Virus record (IMG/VR): IMGVR_UViG_3300020045_010351
Coordinates: 1-29,428 of that record
Direction: 5' to 3' (one strand)
DNA length: 29,428 nt
DNA from: a virus
Taxonomy: Duplodnaviria; Caudoviricetes
Shown piece by piece: positions 25,130 to 29,428 of the stretch. Within the stretch, counting starts at the first letter, position 1. The number at the start of each line of letters is the position of its first letter. The notes under the pieces are model-generated. The model ran no database searches, was not told the DNA's origin, and was given only the letters and a program-made list of their open reading frames with translations. A program made the translations under genes and the position numbers.

Positions 25130-26914
25130 CTACTCCTGACTATCGGCGGGCGTTTCGGGTGATGTTTTCTGCTTGGCGGCTGCGACTAGCTGGCGTTGAG
25201 TTTCTTTGATTTCTTCCTTGGCTTCGATGGTTTTCCAAGGGCCTAGATTGCCACAGAAGATACATTTGCCGGGCGCGGTAATGCTCTTTGGATCACCAAC
25301 ACAACCGCACATTGTGCAGACAATGACTGCCCCTTCACGCAAGGTTTTCATCATATCCTCAACAGAAACGAAGCAGTTCAGGCAAGGATTCCCACAATCT
25401 TGGCAGGATTCTGGTAATTCCTTGCGCCACATTACCCGGTGGCATTCGCTGCAACTGTAGGCGTTCAAATCTACGCGGGGTTTTGTTGATAGATTATCAA
25501 CTGCTTCGGCTAGTTCCTTGCTGGCTTCAACCATCTGATCAACTGCTGATTCGGTTATAATCTGAGCGTCTTCAATTATTTCCGTTGTGTTTTCAAGAGT
25601 TTCTTTGACTGGCGCTTCGTCAGTTATTACCAGATTAACAATTTTTTCTTCCTGGTCGTTTTCAATTTCTTCAGCGAACTGATTAATCTTGCTGGTTACT
25701 TTGATTGTGCTACCTGTTGGCGTGGAGTGGTCTTTTTTGAGCTGCGTGAGGGCTTTCTTGATTACGGCATTTTTCTGGTCTTTGATTAAATCGTCGTAAG
25801 CGCCAGAGTTGAATTTCATAATCTCAAACGGAGGACGTTCGATGAGCTGTGCTACTGCGTCGAAGATTGAGGGTAAATCATAATCATAGCCAGTGGTTTT
25901 TTCGGTGGCTACATAGTGCTTGTCACCGCAGACAAAGCCTTCTTTGCCAAGAGGTAACAGTAGTTCGTTTCTGGCTTCCTCAAGCTGCTCTTTGGCGGCC
26001 TTGGCTATTTTCTCGATAGATTTCATTTTTTCGAGCTGTTCAACAATGGCCGCAAAGTTTGCATGGTTTATTTCAATTCCGACAACGACGGGAGGCGTGG
26101 CGAGAGATTTCTGGTAGACTTCACACCCGGCATTTAAGCCGCAATAACCGCAATACTTATTCAGCGTTTTAGGAAATTGTTTCCGGGCCATGAATTCTTT
26201 GACGCGGGTTTCAATGTAGCGGTATGCAGATACCAAGTTATCTTTCGTCCAGATCCGTTTAGGCGATTTGCCGCCCTGATCCAGATAAAAAAACCTTGTT
26301 TCGATTACGGTTTCAATGCCCTGCTCGGTGTAAATGTCCCGGAGGTATTCGTATTTCATCCACGTTACCAGCGCATAAATAGCCGTTTGAAGGTCGTCAG
26401 CTTCGGTGAAGCCTGTTTTCCAGTCGATGATGCGGATAACGTGTTTTTTTATTGCGTCGAAGTCAAACAAATCCTGCACCATTTCGCCTTGCTCATTGAG
26501 GCCGTATTGGTCGGCGTAGTCCAGCGCTCCACGCAAGCCCCAATTTTTACCGATTTTCAGCTCAAAATATTTATTGCCGTAGTATTCGGCCTCTCCATCG
26601 TCGGACTGGATGCAGATAATATTTTCGTGGTTCAGTTTTAACCAGTCTTCATCGGCAGACTTCAGGGTTTCAAAGCATTTATTGGAGCGGTTCAGGTATT
26701 CTTCAGATAATGGCAGCCCTGACTCTGCTGCTGTTTTCGCGAATACTTCAGCGAAATTTTCACCTCGTAGCCATTTTGAAACGCCTGCGTCAACAGCCTT
26801 GCCGAAGCGCAGAATGTCGGTTTCTTCGTATTTGTCGTTTTTGCGTTTGTAAGGGCAAAGACCGTCTTGAATTAGTTTCGTCGCAGATATGAATTCTATT
26901 TTGGTTTCAGTCAT
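25130..26914 (-). CDS. PD-(D/E)XK Cas4/AddB-like exonuclease with extended C-terminus
   Basis: GALD...IIDWKTG...LQTAIY motifs; N-terminal CP plus CxxCx5C; two C-terminal CxxC...CxxCG units. Confidence 0.85.
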   Translation of the reverse strand: MTETKIEFISATKLIQDGLCPYKRKNDKYEETDILRFGKAVDAGVSKWLRGENFAEVFAKTAAESGLPLSEEYLNRSNKCFETLKSADEDWLKLNHENIICIQSDDGEAEYYGNKYFELKIGKNWGLRGALDYADQYGLNEQGEMVQDLFDFDAIKKHVIRIIDWKTGFTEADDLQTAIYALVTWMKYEYLRDIYTEQGIETVIETRFFYLDQGGKSPKRIWTKDNLVSAYRYIETRVKEFMARKQFPKTLNKYCGYCGLNAGCEVYQKSLATPPVVVGIEINHANFAAIVEQLEKMKSIEKIAKAAKEQLEEARNELLLPLGKEGFVCGDKHYVATEKTTGYDYDLPSIFDAVAQLIERPPFEIMKFNSGAYDDLIKDQKNAVIKKALTQLKKDHSTPTGSTIKVTSKINQFAEEIENDQEEKIVNLVITDEAPVKETLENTTEIIEDAQIITESAVDQMVEASKELAEAVDNLSTKPRVDLNAYSCSECHRVMWRKELPESCQDCGNPCLNCFVSVEDMMKTLREGAVIVCTMCGCVGDPKSITAPGKCIFCGNLGPWKTIEAKEEIKETQRQLVAAAKQKTSPETPADSQE

Positions 26915-26916
26915 GA

Positions 26917-28362
26917 TTAAACCACCTTAGCCTTGAGTGCTTGCAGTGCCTTAGCCGCCTGCTCATCAGTCCATTTAACCGCGTTCAGTTCTGTGACTCC
27001 GATTGCCTTTAAGAGTTCCTGCCATTCAGCAGTCTGGATTCTCAGCTTGGCGCGAAGTGTTGTAATTTCCTTCTGCATTTCAATGCGGGTTCCGGTTGGT
27101 AATGTTGCTGGCTTTGGTTCAGGAGTTGTGGTGGCGGCCGGTTTGGTTGTTGCGTCCACCGGGAAGGTTGGCACTGGTTTTGTAGCTTCGGGGGCGTTGA
27201 TTCTTGCGGCTTTTTCTGCTGCTTCGGCGCTGACTGACTCAATTATTTCTGTGCTTCCACATTTGCAGACGGCTGGCAGGGCGGCTTGCTCTATGACGAA
27301 CCGGCATATTTTGCAATAGCCGTGGCGTTTTACGATTGGCTTGGTTTCAGGAGTAGTTGTCGTTTTTGATTCGGTTGTTGTGGTGACTGGAACGGTGGCG
27401 GGTTTTATTTTCTTCGGTTCGGCTTTCGGTTCGGCCTTGGGTTCAGTTTTTGGCTCTGGCTTAGCAGACTCCTGCTTGTTATCTGCTTCGGCGATAACCT
27501 GACCGATGCTTTTGAATTGGCCGGGGGCGGCGTCTTCCTGTTCTTCGACTTCGGGGTAAAACTCTGCAATTTCAGATTCATCAAGAGGGCCGGTTACTGC
27601 TTCAAGGGCTTTCATTTCGCGTCTGACTTGAACTTCCAGAGTTTCGAGGTAGATCCCGGCTGAAATTCGCTGTTTTTCGTTTTGAATTGCAGACTCAAGC
27701 ATTTGAACGGCGTTACCTTCATAGGTGATGGTTACAACTGGAATAACCGTTGGTTTGCCGTCTGGTGTTGTGGTTGCCTTCTTAAAGTATTTCAGATTCA
27801 GTGGCAAGCCTGCTATTTTGCCGCCGGTGCAGATTTGAATAAATTTGAGGCTTGAGGTGATGCCAGAGATAGTATTCCAGCCGGTAGTTGAAAACTTGTA
27901 AACGCCACCGCATTGCATCGCAGCGTCAAGCAAACAATTCAATGTGCCGTGAGGTTTGCATCCGTTTTTCGTATCTAGTTTATCGCAAGGACAGGGAACG
28001 GTAACAAGTTCGCCGGTTGCCTCGTCGGCAAGCTGTTGAGCGCTGTTACCGTCACCCCGGCAAGCACATGCTTTACCCTTATAGAGCGCAAGTTCTGTTC
28101 TGAAGTTCAGGTCTATGTCATTGTAGAGAAGCCTGATTTTAATATCCTTCGGCGTCTGGCCGATGATTTTGTGAATTGCTTCGTCTTTAGTGAAATTGTT
28201 GTTTTTATCCTTGTCCATGCCGGTTATCAGGAAGTGGTCGAATTTTTTCGGTGCTTGCCATTTTTTACCGTTGGACTCTCGGACGGTTTCGTCAAGGCCG
28301 CCTATTTTGATTCGGCCAATCTCGGTCATGCGTGCTTTCAATACTCTATCGGATATTCCCAT
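26917..28362 (-). CDS. Gp3-like (recombination directionality factor-like) protein with Pro/Thr/Lys-rich linker and zinc ribbon
   Basis: GRIKIG, PKKFDHF, CRGDG, CKPHGTL and GGVYKFSTTGWN motifs recalled for that family; TAAGGAG RBS. Confidence 0.7.
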   Translation of the reverse strand: MGISDRVLKARMTEIGRIKIGGLDETVRESNGKKWQAPKKFDHFLITGMDKDKNNNFTKDEAIHKIIGQTPKDIKIRLLYNDIDLNFRTELALYKGKACACRGDGNSAQQLADEATGELVTVPCPCDKLDTKNGCKPHGTLNCLLDAAMQCGGVYKFSTTGWNTISGITSSLKFIQICTGGKIAGLPLNLKYFKKATTTPDGKPTVIPVVTITYEGNAVQMLESAIQNEKQRISAGIYLETLEVQVRREMKALEAVTGPLDESEIAEFYPEVEEQEDAAPGQFKSIGQVIAEADNKQESAKPEPKTEPKAEPKAEPKKIKPATVPVTTTTESKTTTTPETKPIVKRHGYCKICRFVIEQAALPAVCKCGSTEIIESVSAEAAEKAARINAPEATKPVPTFPVDATTKPAATTTPEPKPATLPTGTRIEMQKEITTLRAKLRIQTAEWQELLKAIGVTELNAVKWTDEQAAKALQALKAKVV

Positions 28363-28428
28363 TAGTGACTCCTTAACTGTTTTCGAGAAGTTGCCAGCGC
28401 TCAGAGCGGGATGGCTGACAACGGGTTG

Positions 28429-29277
28429 TTATATTGGGCAATCTTCAGAACCGTCGCAATATTCTGCGCCGGGATCTTCTTCGGTAAACGGCATTTCAGC
28501 GGATTCAGTAGCTATGGCCGCGCCGCCCTCTGTTTCTACTTCCTTATCGGTCAGTATTTCGCCTTCATAGGGCTGGTTAGTGATTGGCGTTACTTCCTTT
28601 TCTTCAAGAGTGCGTTCGGTCTTCTGCTTGGCGGCTGCGATTTCGTCGAGTGTGAGTTGTTTGTCTGATGCGGTCATTCGGTCGGTTCGCACAAGTTCTT
28701 TTGGTTCTTTGTCTAGACGGTAGAGCGACTTAGTATTGCGGGTTGGATCATTAAATACCCAGTGGCAACGGACGCTTGAGGAACGTTTGCCGCGTGAGAG
28801 TTCGGTTGATACGCGGTTAATGGTTGATGTAATTTCGGTGATTTTGCTCTTGAGGTATTGGGAATGGCTTTTCAATTCTTCCTCAAGATCAGATTTCTTT
28901 GCCGTGGCTTCGGCAAATTCCATTGCCATCTGCTTTATTTCGGTGGTGGTGAATTGCTCTTCGAAATATTCCGAGCAAGCGATTATCCGCTTAATCATCG
29001 GCTCATAGTCAATCAGCTTGCAAACTTCGGCGTGTTTTTCGGCAGCTGGTTGATTAACGTTGAGCGATTCGTCACTGCGCAAAATCTGGAACTGCGCCTG
29101 GTCGATAATTTCAAAAATACATCCTGAGTCAATTTCATCGGAAAGCATTTTCTTGCCGTGGTCAGTCAGGGGTTTTTGCAGGCAAACAGGAATACTTGCA
29201 CCGTTCTTGAACTGGTGGAAATAAATCTTGTCGTCAGGGGTTGGGGTCTCGGTCGGTTTCTTGGTTGTTTTTGCCAT
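28429..29277 (-). CDS. Hypothetical phage protein with coiled coil; frame open to the window end
   Basis: ATG 29277 has an AAGGAG RBS; there is no in-frame stop between 29277 and 29428, so a longer form is possible. Confidence 0.65.
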   Translation of the reverse strand: MAKTTKKPTETPTPDDKIYFHQFKNGASIPVCLQKPLTDHGKKMLSDEIDSGCIFEIIDQAQFQILRSDESLNVNQPAAEKHAEVCKLIDYEPMIKRIIACSEYFEEQFTTTEIKQMAMEFAEATAKKSDLEEELKSHSQYLKSKITEITSTINRVSTELSRGKRSSSVRCHWVFNDPTRNTKSLYRLDKEPKELVRTDRMTASDKQLTLDEIAAAKQKTERTLEEKEVTPITNQPYEGEILTDKEVETEGGAAIATESAEMPFTEEDPGAEYCDGSEDCPI

Positions 29278-29428
29278 TTCGGGCTCCTTTGAAATTTTCT
29301 TAACATCGCTAATCTGCATTTGAGACATAAATAACAGAAAGTCTTTAAGGGCCGCTCTCAGTTTGTTTGCGTGTTTAGTCTCGTTGCAGCTCCCAGCATT
29401 AACATCAGCTTGTCTTATAGCCTGTTCA

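Noticed and set aside
25130-26914. CRISPR-associated Cas4
   Set aside because: No array or other cas genes; the context is a phage recombination module.
27410-27462. 12-bp tandem repeats
   Set aside because: They encode the KxEP linker of the Gp3-like protein; not an array or origin.
359-28668. Many antisense or alternate-frame ORFs in the track (e.g. 359..613, 14638..15228, 26177..26641)
   Set aside because: They lie within well-supported genes and show no recognisable motifs; treated as shadow ORFs.
1-29428. Stop-codon reassignment
   Set aside because: Long genes are intact in the standard code, and TAA, TGA and TAG (25130-25132) all end genes.

Overview
A 29.4 kb fragment of a long-tailed (siphovirus-like) phage or prophage, with two convergent arms. 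The + strand (1-15543) is the late region: tail assembly chaperone, 932-aa tape measure, a lambda-like M-L-K-(I+J) tail tip, accessory tail or receptor-binding genes including a BspA-type LRR protein, two signal-peptide proteins behind their own promoter, a C39-like peptidase, small membrane peptides, a holin candidate and an Amidase_2 endolysin. The - strand (15664-29428) is the early/middle region: Gp3-like recombination protein, Cas4-like PD-(D/E)XK nuclease, SF2 helicase, VRR-NUC, primase-helicase, MazG-like protein, then a separately promoted operon of small genes that includes a ribbon-helix-helix regulator missed by the ORF track. No integrase, capsid, terminase, tRNA, CRISPR array or reverse transcriptase was seen. 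The most notable unexplained element lies between the arms: a near-consensus sigma70 promoter (15540-15568) followed about 80 nt later by an intrinsic terminator, defining a candidate small RNA. Its first loop is the reverse complement of a Shine-Dalgarno plus AUG and matches the start regions of several of the phage's own replication and recombination genes. All family calls come from reading motifs by eye; no searches were run.
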